Positions 49,254 through 57,578 of a stretch of 58,844 nt of DNA are shown piece after piece. Each line of letters begins with the position of its first letter. Position 1 is the stretch's first letter. The DNA is taken from NCBI GenBank assembly GCA_964612055.1, contig CAZTBI010000004.1:1-58844 (forward strand). Reading direction: 5' to 3'. Origin of the DNA: an uncultured Bdellovibrionales bacterium (GTDB lineage: Bacteria; Patescibacteriota; Minisyncoccia; Moranbacterales; UBA1568). A model generated the notes under the pieces. That model made no database searches. It saw only the letters and a list, made by a program, of their open reading frames with translations, and was not told the DNA's origin. The position numbers were made by a program, and so were the translations under genes.

Positions 49254-50336
49254 TTAATTCCAAGCTTGTTTGATTTTTTTGCGCGTTCGACTCAAAATCA
49301 ATTTTACAGCATTTTCTGTCTTCCCTACCTGCTTGGCAATCTCTTTCACTTTGAGATCCTGCTCGTACCTCAGGAGCATAATCTTTCTTTCCATTTCAGA
49401 AAGAGGGGCCAAAAGATACCCTATGTTCCCACCATCTAACCCTGCCTGTTCGTCGAAGAGAGAGAGTGCTCGTTCGTCAGACAGAGGGAGGGTATCACAC
49501 TTTTTTTTGCGGTAGTAATTCACTAAAACACTATGACTCACTCGGAGAAGATAGGTATAGTAAGAAGCGTTCGTAATCCGAAATGAAGGGAGATAGCGGA
49601 AAGCCCTGGCAAATACTTCCTGATTCAGATCCTCAGCCAAAGCCTGATCCCCTCCAAGACGCCGTAAAAAATACTTCTGAAGGGTAGAGTAATATTTTTC
49701 ATAGAGCCGAGAGAAGTGTTCTGGATTTTTTTGAGCAGCCTGAATCAAAGGTGCATCCTCAAAACGTCGGAAAAGTACTTGCTCAGTAGGAGCAATCAAT
49801 TCTTCATAGAAGAACGTGACAGGATTAATGATAGTCTCGCTAAGAGACGAGGTACCCGGTACTAGTACGCCGTCTTTCTTTTTTCGTAGAGCATCAAAAA
49901 CCCAAACAAGCGTTTGACTGTCTGTATGAAATTTCTTTGCCTGTGATAAGAAAGATCGAACAAACGACTGAGACTCTTTTTCTGTCACAAACTCTGGATG
50001 AAAGGCAGCAAAATAACGAGTCGTTCCTGTCTCATCCTTGAGAGGGGCAATGCAAAGTAAATCTTCTTGGAATTGTCCGTTTTTTTTCACGTTCTGTACC
50101 ATGCCCACAAAAGGCCTCCCTTCTGTATCAATAGTTTTCCACAATAACTGATAAAATTCCTTGTTCATGTGACCACCCCAAAGTTCCCCTGGCTTCTTCC
50201 CAACTATCTCGGCCAAAGAAAATCCCGTACGTCGCTCAAAGGCACCGCTCACATACACCACTCGCGATGAGATATCGGTGATTAAAAGCCCGCCCGGTAA
50301 TATATCAAGGACTTGTTTGAATGAAGGGGAAGTCAT
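49254..50336 (-). CDS. PAS domain fused to an ECF sigma factor
   Basis: N-terminal ITD..YVS.AF...TGFS..EIVGKKP...FYQ.LW.TI (PAS); C-terminal AEDLNQEVF.RAF, YL.R.....LVNYYRK (region 2), LS..ER.I..LRY......EIA...G.....VK..LSR (region 4). Confidence 0.9.
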   Translation of the reverse strand: MTSPSFKQVLDILPGGLLITDISSRVVYVSGAFERRTGFSLAEIVGKKPGELWGGHMNKEFYQLLWKTIDTEGRPFVGMVQNVKKNGQFQEDLLCIAPLKDETGTTRYFAAFHPEFVTEKESQSFVRSFLSQAKKFHTDSQTLVWVFDALRKKKDGVLVPGTSSLSETIINPVTFFYEELIAPTEQVLFRRFEDAPLIQAAQKNPEHFSRLYEKYYSTLQKYFLRRLGGDQALAEDLNQEVFARAFRYLPSFRITNASYYTYLLRVSHSVLVNYYRKKKCDTLPLSDERALSLFDEQAGLDGGNIGYLLAPLSEMERKIMLLRYEQDLKVKEIAKQVGKTENAVKLILSRTRKKIKQAWN

Positions 50337-50382
50337 AGTGAAAACTTTCTCCCTATCATATCACAATCACCAAAATCACAGA

Positions 50383-51603
50383 CTAGTGACCGCTGTGTAC
50401 GCTAGGATTTACTGTTCCAGAAAAAATGTCTGGTCTTTCGGCTCCAGAAACGGTGAGCACCCCCCAAGCACCCCTATCTGCCCGAGTCAGAGCATGATCT
50501 ACCAAAATATAGTCTCCGGGTACCTCTGGAACAAACTCCATGATGCCAGCTCCGCCCGGCGGGATAAGGGTGGTTTGGATATTGTGATGCAGATCACTCC
50601 CAATACCACCTTCCGGATAAACAGTATCAAAAATTTCTCCAATAAGATGGAAAGATGATACTAAATTTACTCCACCATTTCCAACAAAGAAGCGTACCGT
50701 TTCTCCTGTTTCCACCTTCATGTTCCGAAGCAAAGAATGGATCTTGCCGTTAAAGAAAATATACTGTGGATGACTATCAAGCATAGCTTGACCATCAAAG
50801 ACTTGCATTCCCTTCTTACCAAGATTTCCTTTGGTATACATCTCCCCTTGCATGATATAAAACTCTTTGTCCACTTTTGAGAGACCCTCCTTTGGTTCCA
50901 CGAGAATCATTCCGTACATTCCATGAGCCATATGAGTAGCTACATTGGTCATGGCGCAGTGATAGACATACAGCCCTGGGTTGAGTGCTTGAAAAGAAAA
51001 AGATTTGCTCTCGCCAGGAAGCACTGTGGTTACCCCTGCTCCCCCGCCCGGCCCAGTCACCGCATGAAAATCTACATTATGAGGATGAACACTTGTTTCG
51101 TGGTTCTTCACGGTCACCTCTACTTGATCACCCTCCCGCACCCGGACAAAGGGTCCAGGGACTTTCCCATTAAATGTCCAGGCATTCATAAAAATCCCGG
51201 GGGCAATTTCCGTAATAACTTCTTTAGTCTCAAGATTGACCCGTACCACTTCTGCGTGATCACGTTCTAGAGGTGCCGGGATATCATTTGGATCATATGA
51301 AATATTACCTACTCGTTCAAAATCATTAAAGTTTTTGAAAAATCGTACCATATGGTCTAGATGAAATGAGGGAGGAATGCCAGGTCCAAAGGTAGTCATA
51401 AACAGAGGGTACTCCATTGTATTAGGAAGTACCTGAGCAGAAAAATAGAAGATGCCCATTCCTACTAAGAAAAGAGTCGTAAAGAACATCCTTGTTTTAG
51501 TAATAAAAAAAGACCGAAAAAATCCAACAACACCTCCTAGCGCCAAAATGATACCAACAATCTGCAAGACTAAAACTCGAAAAAACTGGAGAAAAGAACC
51601 CAT
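50383..51603 (-). CDS. nirK: Copper-containing nitrite reductase with two N-terminal TM helices
   Basis: FNGKVPGP, HNVDFH, YHCA...ATHMAHGMYG, SSFHLIGEIFD, VDHAL: type 1 and type 2 Cu ligands plus catalytic D/H present. Confidence 0.93.
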   Translation of the reverse strand: MGSFLQFFRVLVLQIVGIILALGGVVGFFRSFFITKTRMFFTTLFLVGMGIFYFSAQVLPNTMEYPLFMTTFGPGIPPSFHLDHMVRFFKNFNDFERVGNISYDPNDIPAPLERDHAEVVRVNLETKEVITEIAPGIFMNAWTFNGKVPGPFVRVREGDQVEVTVKNHETSVHPHNVDFHAVTGPGGGAGVTTVLPGESKSFSFQALNPGLYVYHCAMTNVATHMAHGMYGMILVEPKEGLSKVDKEFYIMQGEMYTKGNLGKKGMQVFDGQAMLDSHPQYIFFNGKIHSLLRNMKVETGETVRFFVGNGGVNLVSSFHLIGEIFDTVYPEGGIGSDLHHNIQTTLIPPGGAGIMEFVPEVPGDYILVDHALTRADRGAWGVLTVSGAERPDIFSGTVNPSVHSGH

Positions 51604-51637
51604 ATTTAAAAGGTTAAGAATAAATCTCTATAAAGAG

Positions 51638-51666
51638 AAACACTTTTCTTACCCAAAAGGTGTCAA
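51638..51666 (-). promoter_or_regulatory. Bipartite motif TTGACACCTTTT-N10-AGTGTTT upstream of nirK-PAS/ECF unit
   Basis: 19 nt shared with 49189-49216. Confidence 0.55.
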
Positions 51667-51668
51667 AG

Positions 51669-51702
51669 AAAAAAGCGGCTGGGATCAATGATCCAAACCG
51701 CT
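51669..51702 (-). terminator. Terminator after SLT-like gene
   Basis: AGCGG..GGATC-ATT-GATCC..CCGCT followed by a T run. Confidence 0.7.
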
Positions 51703-51708
51703 CGGTTG

Positions 51709-53106
51709 CTAGCTGCGCCGATGTAATCGCTCGTACCGGCCGAGGTGCGTCCAGTTGCTGACGCATTTCTTGATATAGCCGATGGTCTCGTACTTGAGCA
51801 CCGCTCCCTTGCTCTTGATCCAAGCGATGAACTCCTGCCACGGGAAGGAACCAAAAGCCAGGTGCTTGATCTTCTTGAGATCACCATACTCCACCACTAG
51901 CCGAGCGAGTGCCTTGGCTTGTGACGGTCCGCCATTATAGGCGGCGGCCGGAAACAACAGACCCATCTGGTGATCATCCATGAAGGCTTCCCGTACCCAA
52001 TCAGGTACTCCCCGGGAAGACAGTTCGTAATCGGTCAGGACCGCCGCCGCTTTGACGCTGTTACGAAAACCGCGCGTCCCTCGTTTGAAGTCCGGATCAA
52101 GCTCTGCCAGCGGATAGGCGAGACGCATGGCCTCATAGGTACCCGGGCCGTATTTCCCGTTCTTCTGCCTGACCCGGTTGTTGGTGAACTGGTACGCTCC
52201 GCAAGCTGCTGCGCCCGAGCAGATGTAGCGATAGGCATCAAGACCGTTTATCACGAACTCGGTAAGTACTGCATCTACCACCTGCTCATCTCTCTCGTAG
52301 AGACGTTTCGGCAAAAGCCTCTCACATCCCGGCTCACGCTCTTGGAGCAGACAAGGATCTGTCTGTTCCGTGACGAGGAGATTGAGAAGAGCTCCTGATG
52401 AAACCACATCAGCCACCAACTTGCCCGGATAAGCATCCGAAGGCACTTGCTTCTCCCGAAGCTCGCCCAAGGCCTCTTCGATGGCACGCAAAGCGATGTT
52501 CTGCCCTTGTAGAGCAAACCCTTCATTAGCCAGGTACGGCGGCGTGGCCAGATAGACCACTGCCTCCGCCTCCTGATTCATAATCCTGACGTCCTTCGAA
52601 CGGAACACTGGCGGTACAGAAAGATGTTTCGCCGCATAGACCCGCAGCTCTCGGCCATCCATCGTCACCTCAAAGACCATCTTATTGAACGTCTGACCCT
52701 TGATGCGGATCACCTGGTACGGTGGATCATGCTTGGTACGGATGTTCGGCTGGAACACATCATCACCGACAAGCGGCATGTCGAGCACGATCTTATGGAA
52801 ACCGTCCGTTTCCGGGTCGTACACAACGAGTCCGAATTCACGACGGATACTCCTTTTGCCGATCATTGGCTTTCCGTTCTTGCCGAGATACCGCTCGACA
52901 TTCTCGAACACCTGAAGCGGAATTCTTTCCGCCAAAGACCGGGCTTCACGAAGCTTCCGGCACACGTCGACACGCTGTACGAACGCCTCACACGAAGGCA
53001 GTTTTGTGGCTCGTTCCTGCTCTATCCTCCGTTGGTAATCGATATTCCCCGCCAGCACCTGAGTGGCACTGAGGCAGAGAGCCGCAAGCGTTACAAAGAA
53101 CTTCAT
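51709..53106 (-). CDS. Secreted lytic transglycosylase/lysozyme-like protein
   Basis: CAAGGAG SD, signal peptide MKFFVTLAALCLSATQVLA, LVTEQ (candidate catalytic E), SGAAACGAYQF, AAYNGG, ETIGYIKK. Confidence 0.7.
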   Translation of the reverse strand: MKFFVTLAALCLSATQVLAGNIDYQRRIEQERATKLPSCEAFVQRVDVCRKLREARSLAERIPLQVFENVERYLGKNGKPMIGKRSIRREFGLVVYDPETDGFHKIVLDMPLVGDDVFQPNIRTKHDPPYQVIRIKGQTFNKMVFEVTMDGRELRVYAAKHLSVPPVFRSKDVRIMNQEAEAVVYLATPPYLANEGFALQGQNIALRAIEEALGELREKQVPSDAYPGKLVADVVSSGALLNLLVTEQTDPCLLQEREPGCERLLPKRLYERDEQVVDAVLTEFVINGLDAYRYICSGAAACGAYQFTNNRVRQKNGKYGPGTYEAMRLAYPLAELDPDFKRGTRGFRNSVKAAAVLTDYELSSRGVPDWVREAFMDDHQMGLLFPAAAYNGGPSQAKALARLVVEYGDLKKIKHLAFGSFPWQEFIAWIKSKGAVLKYETIGYIKKCVSNWTHLGRYERLHRRS

Positions 53107-53166
53107 GGACGTCTCCTTGATGTTGTCCAGTGGATGCCGCAAACATACCACGCTCCGGAGAAAATG

Positions 53167-53195
53167 AAAAGAAGTCATTTGTTATGACTTCTTTT
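53167..53195 (-). terminator. Terminator hairpin
   Basis: AAAAGAAGTCAT-N5-ATGACTTCTTTT. Confidence 0.75.
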
Positions 53196-53765
53196 CTAGC
53201 ATTCCCAGACGACTTCGGTACACGATCCTTTCTCTGGATACCAGCCTAGCGCTGCCATTCCTGGACCTTCCTTTGTCAAAATGCCGTGAAGTTGTTCCAG
53301 CGGATCACCATGAGAAACCAAAATCACTTTTTTTCCGATATATTCTTTTTTGAGTTCATCAAGAAATTCTTCGAGCCGGCTCCGGACACCAAGGAAGCTC
53401 TCCATGCCGTCCTCTTCATCTGGACTGATTCTCATCTCTGGTTCTGGATATTTCTTCAAAAGTTCTTCTTGCGTACGCTCGTTAAACTTTCCCATTCCCA
53501 CTTCCCACAATCGATCATCGAAGTGTATCGACAGTCCCGTGGCTTCAGCAATAATCTCGGCCGTTTGCTTGGCCCGCAAGATAGGCGAACTAAAAAGAGC
53601 ATCCGCTCCGACAGAAGCCAGGCTCTTCGCCACAGCCTCAATTTGCTGTTTCCCTTTTTCAGTCAAAGGGTACTCTTTTTTGACAGGCGCAGAATTCAAA
53701 AGGAAACGCACATTGTTTTCCGCTTCGCCGTGCCGCACTAAATAGAATGTAATGTGTCCTGACAT
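53196..53765 (-). CDS. Histidine phosphatase family protein
   Basis: YLVRHGE, LTEKGKQQ, SSPILRAKQTA, LVSHGD. Confidence 0.93.
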   Translation of the reverse strand: MSGHITFYLVRHGEAENNVRFLLNSAPVKKEYPLTEKGKQQIEAVAKSLASVGADALFSSPILRAKQTAEIIAEATGLSIHFDDRLWEVGMGKFNERTQEELLKKYPEPEMRISPDEEDGMESFLGVRSRLEEFLDELKKEYIGKKVILVSHGDPLEQLHGILTKEGPGMAALGWYPEKGSCTEVVWEC

Positions 53766-53769
53766 ATTG

Positions 53770-53925
53770 CTAGTGGATCAAGTGATAAATATCTACTCCG
53801 GCCGCTACGACAAAAAGGAGTGACGTGGAGCCAACAATCTTGAACGCAAAAAACATGAGCTCTTCATCCCAACCGCGTTCCTTTTTGTACTTTTTTCTAT
53901 ACTGTTTCGGTAACCGAGAAATCAT
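53770..53925 (-). CDS. 51-aa single-TM protein below the ORF-track cutoff
   Basis: MISRLPKQYRKKYKKERGWDEELMFFAFKIVGSTSLLFVVAAGVDIYHLIH; stop lies 4 nt before the next start. Confidence 0.55.
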   Translation of the reverse strand: MISRLPKQYRKKYKKERGWDEELMFFAFKIVGSTSLLFVVAAGVDIYHLIH

Positions 53926-53948
53926 TTTGAATACCTTTGTTTTGCTGT

Positions 53949-55541
53949 TTACATTTTTTCCGGAGCACTGATCCCCATGAGCGAAAGCGCCTCCGCAAGC
54001 ACTACCTTCGTAGCCCGAACCAACTGTAACCGCGCCTGGGTCAACGGAATATTTTCCGTATCAATCACTCGACACGCATCATAGAACGAATGGAGCTTGT
54101 CGGAAAGCTTCATGGCATACTGCGGGAGCTTGTGGACAGAAAATTCACTGGCCACCGTATCGATCAACTCGGGGAAAAACATCAGCTCACGCATGAGAGC
54201 TCGTTCTTTCTCGTGCGTCAGAAGTGTGAGGTCGCCTGTCGTTACCGTCATTCCCTCTTCCTCTGCTTTGCGCAAGACACTACACAAACGAGCATGAGCA
54301 TACTGGACATAAAAGACCGGATTTTTCTGCGAGCGCTCTTCCGCTAACCCAAGATCAAAGTTCATGTGTGTTTCAGGCGCATACATGAGGAAAAAGAAAC
54401 GTGCCACGTCATGCCCCACTGTTTCGATCAGCTTATCAATCTCGATGACATTGCCAGCACGCTTGCTCATACGCACCTCCACACCGTCCTTTACGACCTT
54501 TACCATTTGCACGATCAAAAAGCGGACATCACCAGAAAATCCCAACATCTGCGCCGCTGCCTTGAAGCGGTTGATATAGCCATGATGATCAGCGCCCCAG
54601 GTCTCGATGATACGGAGAGAACCGCGCTCCATCTTGTTCAGAATATATCCGCAATCCGAAGCAAAATACGTGAGCGTTCCATCCTGCTTAACAAGCACTC
54701 GATCCTTATCATCGCCATACTCAGTCGTCTTGAGCCACAACGCCCCTTCCGATTCATAGGTCGGGCCTTTTTCTTTCAACAGATTGATGGCTTTTTCACG
54801 ATAGCCTTTTTCCACAATCTCCTTCCGTTCAGAAGTCCACACATCAAAATGAATCTGCATCTTTTCTTCAACAGATTTCTTGATCATCTCTTCGAGTACA
54901 TACTCCGCCGACGCTCGGCCCACTGCCTCGACTCCGCCGATGCCAGCAAATTTCTCAGCCAGTTCATCGATATATTCCCCTCCATACACCGCTTCCTCAT
55001 CCTTCAGAACACTATGACCCAGTTTCAAGACTTGCTCCCCGGCATCATTCACATAGTACTCGTCTACGACCTCATAGCCTACCTTTCGTAAAACATTAGC
55101 CAAAGAATCGGCATAGAACCCACCACGACCATTTGCAACCGTAAGCGGCCCTGTCGGGTTGGCAGAGATGAATTCATTGTTTATCTTAATCCCCTGACCT
55201 GCAACACTCGATCCGTACAATTTTCCCTCCTTCAAAACTTTCTCCAAAACAGAGGCGATGTCTTTCTGGCTCAGAAAGAAATTAATATGGCCAGGCCGCA
55301 CTACTTCGACTTTCTCAAAGGTATCGGAAAGAAGTTTTAATCGGAGGAGCTCGGCTAGTTCCATTGGATTCTGCTTCACTTCTTTAGCAATAACCAAAGC
55401 AATATTGGTGGTATATTCCCCAAATTGTTCATCTTTGGGCCGCTCCACAGTCACTTGGGGTACCAAAAAATCAGGCAACTTTCGTTCCTGTTGGAGTATC
55501 TGTAAAGCTTCTTCAATTTTCTTCTGCAGCATTTGCTTCAT
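53949..55541 (-). CDS. argS: Arginine-tRNA ligase
   Basis: FGEYTTNIA, EFISANPTGP, WGADHHGY, MSKRAG, YVQYAHAR. Start trimmed to MKQMLQ. Confidence 0.97.
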   Translation of the reverse strand: MKQMLQKKIEEALQILQQERKLPDFLVPQVTVERPKDEQFGEYTTNIALVIAKEVKQNPMELAELLRLKLLSDTFEKVEVVRPGHINFFLSQKDIASVLEKVLKEGKLYGSSVAGQGIKINNEFISANPTGPLTVANGRGGFYADSLANVLRKVGYEVVDEYYVNDAGEQVLKLGHSVLKDEEAVYGGEYIDELAEKFAGIGGVEAVGRASAEYVLEEMIKKSVEEKMQIHFDVWTSERKEIVEKGYREKAINLLKEKGPTYESEGALWLKTTEYGDDKDRVLVKQDGTLTYFASDCGYILNKMERGSLRIIETWGADHHGYINRFKAAAQMLGFSGDVRFLIVQMVKVVKDGVEVRMSKRAGNVIEIDKLIETVGHDVARFFFLMYAPETHMNFDLGLAEERSQKNPVFYVQYAHARLCSVLRKAEEEGMTVTTGDLTLLTHEKERALMRELMFFPELIDTVASEFSVHKLPQYAMKLSDKLHSFYDACRVIDTENIPLTQARLQLVRATKVVLAEALSLMGISAPEKM

Positions 55542-55603
55542 GCTCTGTATCGTACCGGAAAAAAGCCAGAAAGGAAAGATTCGAGCGTTATAATTATAAA
55601 AAG

Positions 55604-55639
55604 AAAAACTGCCGGCACCCTCTTTGGGGTACGCGGCAG
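55604..55639 (-). repeat. 36-nt terminator-like repeat, copy 1
   Basis: Plus strand AAAAACTGCCGGCACCCTCTTTGGGGTACGCGGCAG; 33/36 identical to copies 2 and 3. Confidence 0.9.
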
Positions 55640-55656
55640 TGTAGATTCCCTCGAGC

Positions 55657-56325
55657 TCAGCGCCGAAGACAGGCCGGCGACAAGCTCGGCCCCCAAGACG
55701 GCTCTCGATTTGAGCCATACTCGCCACAGTCGATAAGCTCCTGCGTGACTGGCTGATACATAACCCAACGTTGAATGGACCCTTTGTCGCCTTGAAAGGT
55801 AGCTCGTACGATGAACCATCCGTCATGGTATTCGCGAATCTCGCGCACCGCGGCATCATGACCTTCTCCGAGATTCGTTCGAATGTATCGAAGCGATTCA
55901 ATCTCTCGGTCATCGAGAAACACTCTGGAACTACCCGACCAATCCTGTGCAGGCGTGTACTCTGTCACGATGGTGATGATTCCATAAGAGGAACCTCCCC
56001 ACATCAGTGAAACGCCAGGCGTGTAATCACCATTCGGATTGCCATGTACCTTCTGCAAGATTACTCCTCTGAAGGTCACCACTGCATCCCATCTCTTGTT
56101 CAGAGGGTCATAGATGCTCCTCATCTGGACATCCGCAGTTGACGCTTCATCAGGCATGGTATATCCATAGTCGCCCAGAATAACTGGCAATTTATCAAAG
56201 GCCATTTTGACCTCTTCGGCCGTTGAAAGTGGCACGGAATTTTCATCCCCGCCGCCGCAGGCAGCGAGGAGGCTGAGGCACAGCATCGTCAGGGCGATAC
56301 GGAAAGCAGAATAAATCGTGGTCAT
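55657..56325 (-). CDS. Orphan lipoprotein
   Basis: CAAGGAG SD; signal peptide with lipobox LAA-C followed by GGG. Confidence 0.7.
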   Translation of the reverse strand: MTTIYSAFRIALTMLCLSLLAACGGGDENSVPLSTAEEVKMAFDKLPVILGDYGYTMPDEASTADVQMRSIYDPLNKRWDAVVTFRGVILQKVHGNPNGDYTPGVSLMWGGSSYGIITIVTEYTPAQDWSGSSRVFLDDREIESLRYIRTNLGEGHDAAVREIREYHDGWFIVRATFQGDKGSIQRWVMYQPVTQELIDCGEYGSNREPSWGPSLSPACLRR

Positions 56326-56418
56326 GGTGTCTCTCCTTGAGACTTGTTGAAGAACCGGGGTTTCTGTCTCCCCTACAGGAGAAGATTCTCCCCGTAAAGT
56401 GACTTTCTTTTATACAAT

Positions 56419-56445
56419 AAAACCGAACTTTTGTAAAGAGTTCGG
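56419..56445 (-). terminator. Terminator after trhO
   Basis: CCGAACT-N9-AGTTCGG followed by TTTT. Confidence 0.65.
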
Positions 56446-56455
56446 CTGAAATAAT

Positions 56456-57496
56456 TTATGCGGCTATTTTTTCTTTGAAGGCCTCTTGGTTTTTCGGAAG
56501 TACTTTGCCTTTGCGACGTTTGATTTGCTCGGCTAGAGGAAGTGCCACGATAGCCTGACACTGCGCACCACAACAGCCAGAAAATTTTTCTTTACAAGAA
56601 GCACACTGAATAAAAAGAAGATTGCACTCGACATTAGCGCAGTTCGTATAGTCATCGCACATACTGTCACACTGGTGACACTTCGCGAGAACATCGTCCG
56701 TGATCCGTTCACCTAGACGCTCATCGAAGACAAAGTTCTTACCTTTGAATTTTGATGGTAATCCCTCACGTTCAATCTGATGTTTATAGTCAATGATGCC
56801 GCCATGAAGCTGATAGACATTCTTGAAGCCCTGATGCTTCAGATAAGCACTAGCTTTTTCGCAACGAATACCGCCCGTACAATAGAGGAGCACGGGCTTG
56901 TCTTCTTTCCCTTTCAGCTCTTCTTTCACCATTGGGAGTTCTTCGCGGAAAGTATAAGCATTCAATGCCACAGCGTTTTCAAAACGCCCGATCATTGATT
57001 CGTAGTTGTTGCGCATATCCACTACGACTGCTTCTGGTTGTTCCAACATTTCATTAAATTCCCGGGCGGTGAGATGAGTACCGACATTCGTCACATCATA
57101 ATCTTCAGGTGTCAAACCATCCGCCACGATCTGTTTCTTGACCTTGATCGTCAGCTTCCAAAAGGCTTCGTTGTTTTGTTCTACTCCTACTTTAAACGGT
57201 ACATCGGTAAATTCTTTACGCTTATAGAGAAGTTCTTGAAATTTTTCAAAATGTGGTTCTGGGACACTCATCTGAGCATTGATCCCTTCTTTGGCCACAT
57301 AGATTCTTCCCAAGACTCCAAGTTTCTGCCACTCGGTGAAGAGTTCATTACGTAAAGCTACTGGGTCAGCAATAATGACATAGCGATAGAAAGAAATCAC
57401 CCGCCGTGAAAACGACTCGGTAGCTACACGCTTCTGAGCCTCTTCTTTGGAGATATGATTTCGCAGTTGGTGCGGGATATTGATCATACGATTCAT
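56456..57496 (-). CDS. trhO: Rhodanese-domain tRNA U34 hydroxylase (YceA/UPF0176)
   Basis: SFYRY, GRIYVAKEGINAQ, DMRN.YE..IGRF, YCTGGIRCEKAS, GKNFVFDER. Confidence 0.92.
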   Translation of the reverse strand: MNRMINIPHQLRNHISKEEAQKRVATESFSRRVISFYRYVIIADPVALRNELFTEWQKLGVLGRIYVAKEGINAQMSVPEPHFEKFQELLYKRKEFTDVPFKVGVEQNNEAFWKLTIKVKKQIVADGLTPEDYDVTNVGTHLTAREFNEMLEQPEAVVVDMRNNYESMIGRFENAVALNAYTFREELPMVKEELKGKEDKPVLLYCTGGIRCEKASAYLKHQGFKNVYQLHGGIIDYKHQIEREGLPSKFKGKNFVFDERLGERITDDVLAKCHQCDSMCDDYTNCANVECNLLFIQCASCKEKFSGCCGAQCQAIVALPLAEQIKRRKGKVLPKNQEAFKEKIAA

Positions 57497-57534
57497 CCTA
57501 TCGGAAACCTGCTAAAAAGTGAAGTGGAGATAAA

Positions 57535-57570
57535 AAAAACTGCCGGTGCCCTCTTTGGGGTACTCGGCAG
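57535..57570 (-). repeat. 36-nt terminator-like repeat, copy 2
   Basis: AAAAACTGCCGGTGCCCTCTTTGGGGTACTCGGCAG. Confidence 0.9.
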
Positions 57571-57578
57571 CGATCGCG

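Noticed and set aside
51604-51705. FNR/Crp box before nirK
   Set aside because: No TTGAT-N4-ATCAA; the GGATC..GATCC palindrome belongs to a terminator.
55542-55913. 654-aa ArgRS with a long N-terminal extension
   Set aside because: The extension runs through the terminator repeat and overlaps the lipoprotein gene; homology starts at MKQMLQ (55541).
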